From assembly GCF_006345805.1 (NCBI RefSeq), contig NC_043004.1, positions 13,888,001-13,952,000 of the forward strand: a DNA stretch of 64,000 nt, written 5' to 3'. Shown in pieces: positions 51,751-64,000 of the stretch. The notes below the pieces were generated by a model. That model was not told the DNA's origin, ran no database searches, and saw nothing but the letters and a program-made list of their open reading frames with translations. The stretch's first letter is position 1; every line of letters begins with the position of its first letter. This DNA is from Octopus sinensis. Lineage: Eukaryota. The position numbers and the translations under genes are program-made.

Positions 51751-52865
51751 AAGACATTAACAGTTGTAACACTAAAGAGAGTTAGCAGTATAACGATTCA
51801 GTTAAAACAAGAGGATCTTTTGCTGACGCTGCTCGAATCACAGAAGGAGTTCAGCTGCAAAGGGGAAAGCGTAAAGAAGAAAATTCATTCCTAAAACGAA
51901 GCGAATCTAGAGTAAACATAGTGGCACTCAGCCATGTCATCGAACAGCAGGGTTGGCAGGTAAACATATGAAGACGAAGGCGGGTAGATAGTTCTCTGAA
52001 GCCCCGTAGGGTAAGAAAAAGCGAAATCGTCTCGCAAGGGAAGTAATTTCGCAGAACTGATGTTAAATTTGTTCCTGAATTCGAATCGGGAAAGCACTCA
52101 ATTGCCCAATTTAAATTCGTTCGTTATATATGGAAAAGCGAGTTGCAAATGTTGGTTGCTAGATGTGGCACCAGAGATAAATATCTGATGTCGATTGTTT
52201 ACCTGATGCCAAAAATTGTGTAATCTTGAAGGATCACCAAATGCGCTAAGAAAACTGAACGGCACAGGGAGGGAACTGTCTTTGTTTTTTTTTATAAATC
52301 CAAACGAACCAAGAGGACATAGAAGTTATCTCCGAAATATTCGATCTGCCAAATGGAATCAGTTAAATGGTAAGGGTAGAGGGGATGAGGCCAATGTTCA
52401 CATGTTTGGTACCAGAAATCAAGTAATTTTAAGGATTTTCTGATTGTAGCACCGATGAAGTGATAGACCCGTCTCCACACTACTACCCACCTCTCAACAC
52501 TGATAAACAAGGACGCTAACAACGGTATGCAGTCACAATAACATGAATAAGAAAACACCGACTGCATTATGGTAACATCAACAGCAGCTGCGAAAGCAGG
52601 GCCAATAGTAACAGCAACAAAAGTAAGAACACTACAGAAAACATCGCAATAAAAAGAGTAGCAACATAAACCCTCGTTCCTAATAAAGCTTCACATGACA
52701 TAAGCACTCCGCATTTCATATCATTCAGATAAATCCTGGAATGAGAGTAACAAAGATAGAAAATAGAAAAAAATCTCTCCTTCCTCCAAACTAACTAGGG
52801 TCCTTCGCTGCAATTTTCATACTGCCTCGTTCTATGTATTATAGAACAACTAAAAACATATATGT

Positions 52866-53150
52866 AGAGGCGCAATGGCCCAGTAGTCGGAGGATCGCGG
52901 TTTCGATTCCCAGACCGGGAGCTGTTTGTTTTTATTGAGCGAAAACCTAAAAGCTCCACGAGGCACCGGCAGGGGGAAGGGGGCGAGCCCTGTTGTACTC
53001 TTTCGCCACAACTTTTTTTCAATCTCTCTTCCTGTTTTTTGAGTAATGCTGCGATGGACTGGCGTCCCGTCCAGCTGGGGGTGGGGAACACATGTGCCAC
53101 AGAAAACGGGAAACCGAGCCAATGAACCTGGCTAGACTTGAAAAGGGCGA
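52866..53150 (+). mobile_element. SINE family C copy with a deletion in the tRNA-like head
   Basis: gaggcgcaatggcccagtagtcggaggatcgcggtttcgattcccagacc...tgcgatggactggcgtcccgtccagc. Confidence 0.85.
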
Positions 53151-54044
53151 AGTTTATCGTTTAAAAACATATAAGCAGCAGCAGACCGACTTATTTTCCC
53201 GCCTTGACATCACTTTTGAAAACCAGGTATACGGATCTCTATGCCCTATTCCAAACAATAGAGGAACTATCTCATATCGCATTTCTCCCAGGATTACTTC
53301 CTTTATTTTGAGAGAACAAGAAAAGCTCCTGTGCTTTTAAAGATGGAGATAATTTCCTCTGCGCTTGGTCTGGGACTGCAGTTAATTATATATTTTCCTT
53401 CGCGAATATTCCGCTTTGATGTAGTTGCTAGTCTTCGCTTTGGCATACTTAGTTACTCTCCCGCACAGCTAGTAACGCTAGCGAAAGAATCTCAAACAAT
53501 TTCAGTCTTGTTAATCGAAAGAACAAATTTACTCATGAACGCATTTGCTTTAATTTTGCGAAATTTATATTTATGTGTGTGTGTATTTTTCTCCTTTTGA
53601 TAACAGTATCATTCAAATTCTTAGAAGTAACGTTGTTATACTTTGGCAACAAATATTCTTTGTACACTGCTCAGCTCCTATATCAAGGTTCTGTTTATTC
53701 GCCTTTATGTCATGTTATATTTGTTTTTGGTATAATTATACTTATGTTCACTTTTTCAGATGGTATTCTTCTGACAAGAGGTCATTACATGTCAGAAAAT
53801 ATAATTAAATCATCGCCTTAAACAAGAGATCTTGTGTCTCCCTTAACGTAGAGCAGACCAGCCATGTACTCAGGAGGTTACATGTCGAAAATTATCTTAG
53901 AGGAGATATTCTTCATTTAATGTCACTAGGAAACAATTTCAAAATTCTCAAAGCTGGGCTAAGATATATCAGCTCACAGCAATAGTCAATGATGACGCCG
54001 CCACCGCCGCTGACGAAGACGATGATGATGATTATAATAATAGT

Positions 54045-54258
54045 GATCCTTTCTACTAAAGGCACAATGCATGACATTTTGGGAGAAGGGTCTAGTCGAT
54101 TACATCGACATCAGTGTTTCACTGGAACTTAATTTATCGACTCCAACAGGATGAAAGGCAAAGTCGACTACGGAAGAATTTGAAATAAGAACGTAGCGGC
54201 AGACGAAATACCGCTAGGCATTTCGTTCAGCGAGCTAAGATTCAGACAGCTTGCCGTC

Positions 54259-54310
<52 letters not shown>

Positions 54311-54560
54311 TAATAATAATAATAATAATTTCTAATGAAAGCACAATTTGGGGAAAGGGATTAAGTCGATGTAATCGACTCCAGTGAGTAACTGGTACTC
54401 GAAGGATGAAAGTTAAAGTCGACCACAGTGGAATTTGAACTCAGAACGTAGCGGTAGAGGAAATACCGCTTAGCATTTGTTCCAACACACCAACCATTCT
54501 GTCAGCTTGCCACTTTGATAATAATAATAATAATAATATAATAATAATAATAATAATAAA
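54045..54560 (-). mobile_element. Two SINE A copies separated and flanked by (AAT)n
   Basis: Family cores at about 54045-54260 and 54335-54515. Confidence 0.8.
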
Positions 54561-55029
54561 TTTCTTTTTTCTTTTTTCCCTATATTTTAGTTTCTTCTCT
54601 TTTCTTTCTTTCTCTCTTTCCCTTTTTTCTATCACATAACTTTGTAAATGAACAGTCAGGTGTGTTTATTTTGATGACCTACCAATGCATACCGTGAGTC
54701 TCTTTGCGCTAGGTGTCGAGAAGGCACACGGCAAGAAACGGTAGCAAAATTGAAAGAAGATAATAATAATGGTAGTTGTAATAATGATAATTATTGTAAT
54801 GCCGATAAAAAAAGGGCCATAGAATGGAATGGAAAATAGGTAACATTTGAAACTGCATAGTTAATCCTTAAAGCACAAGTCACAGTACTTTGAACATGCG
54901 GCGTAAATTCTGTTGTAATTTTATATTTTGAATCACCGGTATGTAGATTTCATACTAAACAAAAAATGAAAGCAGTAACAACGAAGTCAGCGATCGCAGC
55001 CATCTTGCACGCAGAGAATAAAAAAAAAA

Positions 55030-55510
55030 TGATAGAGCGGAGCATTTTACTCATTGTTCATTGGAAAGAGTGTGAATATAAATATATAATTGGGAAAGAA
55101 GTGATGGGTGGTACGAACATCAGCTTAATATCGTGAAAGAAAATGTGGTCGTTATGTTGTTGAGGGATTACAACCTTCATTGACTGAGGAAAGACGACCA
55201 GGCATTGTTGTCGTTAATGAGAGAGAAAGACATTGCACAGTAATTGATATAGTAATATTTCTGAGTAACAAAAGAATGTGTGAGCACGTGAGGACGAATA
55301 AAAAAAATATTGGAAATTACAAAGATCAGCAAAAAGTTGCAAAAATGGTGAACAAGAAACAAATGATTAATTTTTGCCGATAGTGGAACTCATGTTTGGT
55401 AAAGTGATCAAAGGAATAACCTCAATGTTGGAGAAGACTAATACTGAAATTCGAACAGAAATATTAGATTATCATGAACCTCAAGACACCTAAGTAAAAA
55501 TATTGTGCTC
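55030..55510 (+). mobile_element. Degraded R4/Dong-type RLE endonuclease and C-terminus
   Basis: Reads (with frameshifts) IVHWK.CE...GWYEHQLNIVKEN...LLRDYNL...ERRPGIVVVNERERHCTVIDIVI, matching WYEH...EN....LWD......RRPDIVV......C.IIDI of restriction-like endonuclease LINEs. Confidence 0.75.
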
Positions 55511-55599
55511 ATGAAATAAATCATCAGTTCCCTTGGTTGCTACCGATAACACTCCTGTGGTGTAAAAAAACCTCACAAGATATGTAATCGACATGTATA

Positions 55600-55683
55600 A
55601 CTACTACCACTACCACCACCACCACCACCACCACCACCACCACCACCGCCGCCAAAAAAATCACCACCACCACCACCACCATC

Positions 55684-55728
<45 letters not shown>

Positions 55729-55800
55729 GCTACTACTACTATTACTACTACTACTACTACTGCTGATGCTGCTGCTGCTGCTGCCGCCGCCGCCATTATA
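55600..55800. repeat. (ACC)n-(ACT)n-(GCT)n-(GCC)n compound tract
   Basis: Directly visible. Confidence 0.9.
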
Positions 55801-56954
55801 TTGTATTATAAGCACAATGTCTAAAGTTATCGGTAAGTGGATATTCGGTTACATCGGCTTAGTAGACATTAATCATTTTGTCCGGCGTGCTAAGGATTCT
55901 GCCAGCTCTCCGTCTTGATCATGATGGTGATACTACTACTACTACTACTACTACTTATTTTATCGGCTCGGAAAGGATAAAAAGCAAACTCGACCACATA
56001 GGAATTGAACTCGCAATGTAAAAATCTAGAAGAAATAACGAAAAGCTATCTCCAGGTCGCCGCCTACAAGATTTTAATAATGATTAAAGCTAAGTGCTTT
56101 ACAACATATGTGTAACTTTAGAATTCTTCAATTTTTTTTCAATTATGGTAACGAGATTCTAGAATTAAAATACAAGAAGTCACAGAAATGATTGAAATGC
56201 AGCATTAACTTCCTTACTTTTAGGAAATTCTAAATCACCACGCCTACGTCTTTTCCAGGCAAGATGTCTAACCTTCTATATTGTCAATTGAAATATGATG
56301 GGTTTTGTTTTTTTATGGTTTCAGAAAATATTTTTTATTGTGTTTTCAAATATCTTTTGTAGCACAGGAGGCCCTCATTTATCTTTTGCGAGACAATGGA
56401 TGTAAATATAGAATCAATGCATAATTATCTAAATGGATGCATTTACGATCGTAATATATATCTCCAGCTAAAAAAAGCTAAGCTGAAACTAAGCACACAC
56501 ACAGACACGCGCGCGCCCGCGCAAGCAGACACATAATATACACACATATACACAGATGAATACACAGGCACATAGATGCGTGAGCGTATGCATACACACA
56601 TAACGCACATATGCACTCGCGCGCGCGCATGCAGATACACGTACACAAAAATGCAGACATGTACGGAAACGCACGCACGCACGCGTACACACACATGCGC
56701 GAATGCAGACACACATACACACATATGCCGATATTCGCACACTTACACATACACACAGATATAAACACGCAAGTGTGAAGACACATATACACACATATTC
56801 ACATATACCCCCCACACATTCTTTTATTTTGTTATTCTTTTACTTGTGCCAATCATTTGACTGCGGCCATGCTAGAGCACCACCTTGCAGGGTATAAACC
56901 GAACAAATCGACCTCAGGACTTCGTTTTTAAACGAAGTATTTATTATTGTTTTG

Positions 56955-58250
56955 TTACAGGTGCCATTGTAAGATATATTTTCCTCCACCCATAGATACC
57001 TGTAACATTCCTCATCAGATACAGGGGAAAGAGTCAAATCCTTAATGGAGATGTCAATAGTCTGGTTTATAGTTTTCCCTCTTTCCACAACCATGTAACA
57101 ACATTTATCATGGCCAAACTCCAACCCTACATCTTTTAAGAATGTCGTAATTAGGTCACGGCTCTTTTTCATCTCATGCATATTCTTGGAATAAAGTTTT
57201 AAGTCATCCACGAACAAACTGTCCTTTTGGTATTTCTTTGTGAACCAGTGAGATATCCTTCACACTTCCTTAACATGAATGACAAGGGATTTACAGAAAG
57301 TATAAACAACATCACAGAGAGGCTGTCTCCTTGGAATATGCCTTTGCGATATTGTATTCTATCGGTGATAATACAGTCGCTCTTTGTGTTTAATTTCAAG
57401 ATGGTGGCCACGATGAATTCAGATTAGCTTTGGCTTTGATTATGCTCACTGGAACTTTAGCAAATTGAAGGGCTTCAAGCATCTATGAGTGGGGAACAGA
57501 GCCAAAGGCTTTCTTATAGTATAGCAACATTGAAACTAGGTTTCTCCTATGCTCTCGCACCTCTGACATCACAGTTTGTTGATTAACAATTGCTCGCCAC
57601 ATCCCCAGACTCCCTCATTCTCAGCTGCTTGTTCTGCTGTGACAATGTTATTGGTTTCACAATGGTCTTGGAGGAAGAGGTTTAAACATGCTGTATATGT
57701 CTTATATATTAAGTTCTGGCATGCAATTGGCTGTTAGTTTTTTGCCATGTGGGTGGTTCTGCATTTGGGAAACAATTTTGTCTCTGCCAGGGCTAACCAG
57801 TGTGGTATGCTACTGTTCCCGATGAAAGCTTGCTGGTACAGATTGATAAGATATAGTCGGTAGAATGTTAGCTTCTTGTTCCAAGTCTCTTCCAGGTGCT
57901 TTTCCATCCTGGAGTTTCTTGATCTCAGTTGCAAGAGTTTCACCATCAACGTTATATGTCTTGGATGTAACGCAGGAGAAATAGCCTTTCGGATTTCTTC
58001 CATCAACAGAGCATCTTGGTTAAATTCCTTCTCTTCGATCCGGATTTTCCTCCAGAAAGAGTCTATGTCTTCTCACGAAGGAGGTTCCGTGATATTTATC
58101 GTTCATCCTCTCATGTCTCTGTATACTTCTGCCTGGTTGCGGTTAAATTTATTGTTTAATTTTCTTCTCTCGGTTATTCTCTTCTCATGTCGGAGTCTTT
58201 CACTGACAGCTTTTAGCTCCTGCTTTAGTGTAATCAGTTTGCAAGTGAGC
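56955..58250 (-). mobile_element. R4/Dong-type non-LTR retrotransposon reverse transcriptase fragment (pseudogenised)
   Basis: Pre-RT block LKQELKAVSERLRHEKR...NNKFNRNQAEVYRDM...FWRKI, then RT motifs PIAC.NLIYK, KGIFQGDSLSVMLF, FVDDLKLY, GLEFGHDKC and YRYL; multiple stops, frameshifts and a deletion before FVDD. Confidence 0.9.
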
Positions 58251-58549
58251 GTTCCTTTTTTGCTGTCTCCAAACGTCATTTCTTACTTCTTTACTGCCCA
58301 CAAAAGGCTACACACCGAGGGGACAAACAAGGACAGACAAACGATTTTCGTATTAATGTGGTCAAATTCTTGTAGTGGTCAATGCTCTTAAGTGAAAAGC
58401 CAGATGTTTTTGCATTTCCAGGTCTTGTTCTTTTGTATTCATTAAAAAAAAGTTGTATGAATGTGCTCATCTTTTTTTTATTGAAATTCTAGATATTTTC
58501 GAAAGAGTGATTTTTGAGTTCACTATACACTCACACAACAGTTACACAC

Positions 58550-58560
58550 GCACACATATA

Positions 58561-58624
<64 letters not shown>

Positions 58625-58883
58625 TACACGCATATATATAAACACACACACTCAGAGACATCTATATATGCAGCTGTTCAAAGTTGTGAACACATAGACA
58701 CACCACATATACATAAGCACACATGATGTTTATATATATATATATATTTATAATATATATATATATGTATCCATATATGTATGTATATTTATATATATAT
58801 ATGTATATGCAGATTTGTGTATATGTACACATACATACATATGTGCGTGCATATATATATATATATAAACATACACATGCATA

Positions 58884-58928
<45 letters not shown>

Positions 58929-58930
58929 CC
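58550..58930. repeat. Compound (TA)n/(CA)n microsatellite
   Basis: Directly visible. Confidence 0.9.
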
Positions 58931-59169
58931 TTGAATAATATATCATTTGAATACTTGAATACTGATTGCTGTCAGACATAAATGCCAGATGTTGAGGGCA
59001 TTTTCAGATTATATACATATTCCATATAGCTAAAAATTTCATTTCTTTAATTGTATATCTATAATGTTTGTACATCAAATGAAATTTTCAAAAAATTCAA
59101 GAACTATGAGCTAGGTATTCAATAAATTTATTACAGTTTCTTCCTATAACTCATAACGTTGTCTTAAAA

Positions 59170-59340
59170 TTTTGACACAAGAGCTGAAGGGCCCAAGTCG
59201 ACTTCAATGTTCAACTGGTAATTATTTTATCAGCTTCGAAAGGATGAAAGGCAAAGTCGACCCTGGTAACATTTGAACCGAGAACGTAAAGACGGACGAA
59301 ATGCCACTAAGCATTTTCCCCGGTGTGCTAACGATTCTGA
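59170..59340 (-). mobile_element. SINE family A copy
   Basis: gaaaggatgaaaggcaaagtcgacc...gaacgtaaagacggacgaaatgcc. Confidence 0.8.
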
Positions 59341-59544
59341 CATCTATTCACAGTAAAGAAAAGTGTAATCTTCTTCCAAGAGAAAAGGAAGAGTTAAATA
59401 AATCTGATGTGATACTGGTGATTGTGTTTGGATTTTGATTTAGAAGGGAACGTAAGTCGCTTACTTGAGGATAAAACTGAACCTGAGTGAATTCAAGCTA
59501 AATATATTGTTTGCATGTTTCGTCGTTGGCATTTTACCGCAGGC

Positions 59545-60050
59545 CGATAATTTATTTGGTTTCTTCTTGACCACTCCTTCCTCTCTGTCCGTGTTTATGC
59601 CTCTCATGACGAAGGTCGATTCTTGCATGGGAGTGTGTGTTGCAAAGTTCACAATGGATCTGTGGTGGAGGCTTTGGTTGTTGTAGCCGCCATTTTCTTA
59701 CTTGTCGTTTCTTTTCCACTTTCCTTTGTCGTTCAGCTTCCGAATGATGCCGAGGTCCATTCCTAGAGACAATGGGTAACCATGTACTCTCGCTCCTCTC
59801 AGTCACGGTCGGGTCGTCGGCGACTAAACCGGCTCCCCTCTTGGTTCAGATTCCTGGAACTTGGAGGAATGTGTGAGGGCACCCATCAGAACTAAAAACA
59901 AGATCTGTTCAAACAAGGGCACAGGGGCGCTGTCCTTGTCCCTCACCATGTCAAACTAAGACACCAACGATGGTTCAAACGGAGGAAACTAGATCTCCGA
60001 ACTCAATGATTGATCCTAGCGGTAGAGGACAATGCCAGACGGACTGGTTA
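59545..60050 (-). mobile_element. RTE-clade LINE remnant (C-terminal zinc-finger-like end plus GC-richer upstream piece)
   Basis: ORF 59552-59806: W..IVSRNG..HHSE.ERQRKVEKKRQVRK...IHCELCNTHSHARIDL..HE.H, matching the RTE end KR..RK......C..C...C.SRIGL.SH. Confidence 0.7.
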
Positions 60051-61099
60051 TGCATGTTTATGATGGAACTAGCATAAAATTCTCGAAAGAAGACGTTAAA
60101 ATATTTTATGATATTTTATTGCGAAAATAGAAACAATACGTCGTATAGTGCCAGGAATTACGAAACTGCTACGTAGTTGCTCGACTTACTAACATTAGCA
60201 ACAGCATGTCTTTTATATCATACTCCAGTTGTGTAAAATTATCTTAAATACATTATGAATGAAATGTCACGATTCGTGCGTCTTTGACTGTAAGATTTAT
60301 TCAACCATTGTCAATCACTCGTTAAACAATTACAAGAACAACAACAGCATCACTAAGGTGGTCCTTTTTCAATTAATTCTTACGAAAGGAACAAACCTGT
60401 TAGGAGCACTGGCGTACCTTTTCTGAAAATATACTTTTGACATAAACTACACATCTTGAATACATAATTAAAGTTTCCCATTTCAAGCTATTATGAAGTA
60501 TAAAAGATATCAAACCTTTAAATAATATCATAAACACCAATATATCTGATTATAATTATCATTATAGTAAATCAAATAAATTCATTATCGCAAATATGTA
60601 CATACAAATATGTATATACAGATGTGGGTATGCGAATGGAAGCATGTGTGTAAGAAAAAACTTACCTATTTACTTTCGTCTTGGTCCCCAAATCATTAGC
60701 TATAAAGTAACCTTCATTACTCACCACCATAGCAACCTGAATAAGATAATTTATGAACCTCGACACACGCGCGCACACGCATGACGAAGATAATGACAAA
60801 GAGAAAATCCCTCGCTGGCCATTGCCCATGCAAAATTCCGAAAATGAAGTTATTGCAGAGAGCAGTTGGCTTCACCGGATTGGATATTGATATACCAATA
60901 TGTTAGAGCAGCGGATTCAGTACAGTGAGAGTCTTTAGTTCGATTATTGTCACGAAGTATATCATCAAGAATATTTATACGTACTTATGTACATGAAGGT
61001 GAACACACGTTTTGTGTAGGAACGACTCATTTATTTTCACGACTAGTGTTACTCGTGTTGTGAATGATATTATGATAATGCAAATTGCTTTGTTGATAC

Positions 61100-61280
61100 G
61101 GTTCTATATTTAAGAGATGAGGAATTATATACGTTATTTACATTATTTAGATTTGACGGATATTTGTCCTCATCTTTGTTGTTACCACGTTTCGGATGAT
61201 ATACCCTCCAGCCTTCATCAGGTGTCTTAGGGAAATTTCGAACCTGGGTTCTCATTCTTAAGACATTTTTCGATGTTGTT
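61100..61280 (-). mobile_element. PLE-type terminal repeat with hammerhead motif at 61183-61225
   Basis: Minus strand acac-CTGATGA-A-GGCTG[10]CATCC-GAAA-CGTG-gtaac; same family as 50418-50646; cleavage-site region altered. Confidence 0.75.
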
Positions 61281-61729
61281 TTTGAGGGGTATTTACTGTC
61301 TTCCAGGTCGCTTCACTACATAGTGCAGTCAGTCATAGGCAAATTGCTGCCTGTGGGGATTTCTGAATGGCACGCTAACGAAAATTATCCAACGTTTTTA
61401 CTAGTGTGACCCGTTTGATGATGAGCCATATTTCATGCGGCCCACTTATCGGAAACGTTTGCCCATACGTGACGTAGAATCTTTTTGGACGTGTACAATA
61501 CTGACGTACATACAAAAATAATTAAAACTAGATATTTTTTGTGAATACTTTTCGGTCTTGACTGCTAAGAAATATGCTCGAGCGTCTTCAATGAAGGTCG
61601 TTAAGGCATTAGTAATATGACCTTTGCATTACTGGGCAGTAACGAGAAATTAGAATGTCATTCGGACTATAAAATCCAGTTGTTATTGAAGAGTTGTTGT
61701 TACTAGGTCAAGTTTACCATTTACTCTTT

Positions 61730-62120
61730 CACTTGTTTCAGTCATTTGACTGCGGCCATGCTGTCGCACCGCCTTTAGTAGAGCAAATCGACCCCAGGAC
61801 TTATTCTTTGGAAGCCTAGTAATTATTCTATCGGTATTTTATGCCGAACCGCTAAGTTATGGGGATTAAACACAGCAGCATCGATTGTCAAATAATGTTG
61901 GTGGTGGGACAAACACAGACACACAAACACACACATACATATACATATACATATATACGATGGGCTTCTTTCAGTTTCCGTCTACCAAATCCATTCACAA
62001 GGCTTTGTTTGGCCCGAGGCTATATAGAAGACACTTGCCCAAGGTGCCACGCAGTGGAACTGAACCCGGAACCACTGGTTGGTAAGCAAGCTACTTACCA
62101 CACAGCTACTCCTACGCCTA
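61730..62120 (-). mobile_element. SINE family B, full length
   Basis: cttgtttcagtcatttgactgcggccatgctg...ccacacagctactcctacgccta. Confidence 0.9.
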
Positions 62121-63565
62121 TATTTCCCAAATTAATTAGATTAACATTTCGGAATTAAAGTTCGAATAAATTGTGACACTAATCTTTACTTTGATATTGA
62201 TATGTTGGTTGTCATAATTATTTTTTAGATGAAGGTCAATTCCGATCACACTTGCAAAGCCTGTGCAGTATGATATTTTATGTGTGACCACCCCGTTTTT
62301 TTTCCTTAGAGTATAACGTAACAATGAATACAGCATCTGTTGAATGCTTTCCTTTATGGTGCAGTATGTGGTGTGATGGAGAATTTTGTATTCATTTTTA
62401 GAAGCGCTTGTGATGTAGAATTACCCATATTGGATGAAGTGTTTTTCAGTTTTCTACTTATGTTCAAACTGACGTTCCTACATAATGTTATAAATACATA
62501 GGTGAATGAGGAATTGTGTGTGACTTCATGTCTCTACTATATTCATCTGAAATGCTTTATCTCCTTCCATTTAGTGAGATTCGGGAAAAAAACATTTACG
62601 TGTGTTGAGAAATGCATTTACGCATCTTGCTGCCATTTGGTTGTGAACATTTACAATATTCTGAAATAAATTCGGAACACTTATATCAATTTTCTTTGAA
62701 ATAATCCAAGGAGACAATAGATTTTAGAAGTAAAAGATTAGAATTAGGTTTTTGCATAAGATAATCAAAATGCGATGGCATCCACTTTGTTTATATTTTC
62801 ATTTTAGACAATTCTTAACATTCTAACGAAAGTTGAACACGATAGGATTAAAATTTGTTCAAATGTCGCTATTTCTAGCATTTGTAGGTATGTTCCATAA
62901 TCTGAATGGATGAATTCAACGTAAAGAAACTAAAGAGATTTACAGCATAGTAGCACTTACTTGAAATTTAGATGTGTCTTAGAGAAGAATTTACTTGAAG
63001 TATTGTGATTTATATCAATTGCTTTGTCTGTGTTTTAAAACTACAGACATAATTATCGAAGCATTCTCAAAACCTTACAACATTCATATAATCATCATCT
63101 ACTTAGACTAGTCTCATTCAACTCACGAACTTAGTGATGGAAACTAAGTATTGTTTAGATAATTCTTTTAATGACTCTATTAACTACAATGATAAAACTC
63201 TCTTCCTCTTCTTATCAGCTAGTAGTATGCTGCATATAAGTGTTAAGAATTAATATTTAAGTAATCTGATCTTTTGCAGAATCTCATAGAGTCTCCATCA
63301 TCAGCTGCTTTTTAAGACGCAAAATTCGTCGAAGAGCAAGATAAATAAATGAATACATAAACAAAATAGTGTAACAAATAAATAGAAATTTACGCTAGCA
63401 AAATTATTGAGAAATACATATTATAGAGCCAGCATAGAGAAATACCAGTGTAAACAAAACAAGCAAAATGTGTACTTCTGTTGTAGATCTTGCTGATCTG
63501 TATTGATTTCTCATATAAAGTAATATTAGTGATCAAAAACATACAAAAACCTATGTTGTTCTTCC

Positions 63566-63573
63566 TTTATATA

Positions 63574-63658
<85 letters not shown>

Positions 63659-63700
63659 TGTGTCTGTGTCTGTGTTTGTGTATGTGTTTGTGTGTGTGTA
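63566..63700. repeat. (TA)n + (TG)n microsatellite
   Basis: Directly visible. Confidence 0.95.
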
Positions 63701-63953
63701 GTTTACTGTTTTGTGTAGGTAAGATCAACAAATAAGTATTCCATCCAGTGAGAGATAAATATCCTTTAATGTGCACTGTAATAAAATATGAGCTTAAGAG
63801 CCACCAATGGTTTCTTGCTAATAGGACACGATGTTAGCCAGAGATTTTTCTTGTTTGTAGCAAAAGTAAGCATTCATATTTCATTTGGCAAACTCGAGAA
63901 CACCACCCCCTCTGGATTCAACAGTAGTCTCACAGAATTGGTCTCCGTTGAAT

Positions 63954-64000
63954 TACTGTAAATCCTCGAGTATAATCCGCATTTCCCCCCAAAATTTAAA
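63954..64000 (+). mobile_element. Possible start of a Tc1/mariner (Tc2/pogo-like) MITE, cut by the window edge
   Basis: tactgtaaatcctcgagtataatccgca resembles TA-CCGTA...CGAGTATAAG.CGCA type TIRs; the partner end is not visible. Confidence 0.4.

Noticed and set aside
51100-51760. Pro/Thr/His-rich ORFs resembling extensin, formin or mucin
   Set aside because: Degenerate (ACC)n DNA is open in several frames on both strands, with no splice context or non-repetitive domain.
51802-51959. Open segment ending at CAG|GTAAAC
   Set aside because: The acceptor lacks a pyrimidine tract and the peptide is unrecognised.
63868-63872. 5-nt microexon (ttgtttgtag|CAAAA|gtaagc)
   Set aside because: The length is not a multiple of three and such motifs arise by chance; it cannot be supported without RNA data.

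Overview
AT-rich animal genomic DNA, not prokaryotic. The SINE families, the very dense (TA)n/(CA)n/(CTAT)n/(TGTA)n and trinucleotide microsatellites and the LINE types match my recollection of octopus (coleoid cephalopod) genomes; this is inferred by recognition, not by a search. I recognise no host protein-coding gene, so the window is probably intergenic or deep intronic, and most of the ORF track is translated microsatellite or SINE. Supportable content: dozens of copies of at least three SINE families (several with clear target-site duplications), two mariner-derived elements, R4/Dong-type, RTE-type and CR1/L2-like LINE fragments, a probable Helentron-type non-autonomous element, and several Penelope-like element (PLE) pieces. 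The strongest unexplained signal is a set of minimal hammerhead ribozyme motifs in PLE-type termini. The best case is 30581-32179: a GIY-YIG endonuclease frame with no reverse transcriptase, flanked by about 285-bp near-identical inverted repeats, each carrying an intact-looking hammerhead. Further hammerheads lie at 16881-16961, 50476-50519 and 61183-61225, and a three-copy family with a non-canonical CUGUNGA core lies at 22719, 23191 and 29531. Also notable: a templated inverted junction fragment at 15640-15840 and an element made of two inward-facing mariner 5' ends at 35508-36322. Repeat coordinates were read by eye and are approximate unless TSDs or TIRs are quoted.
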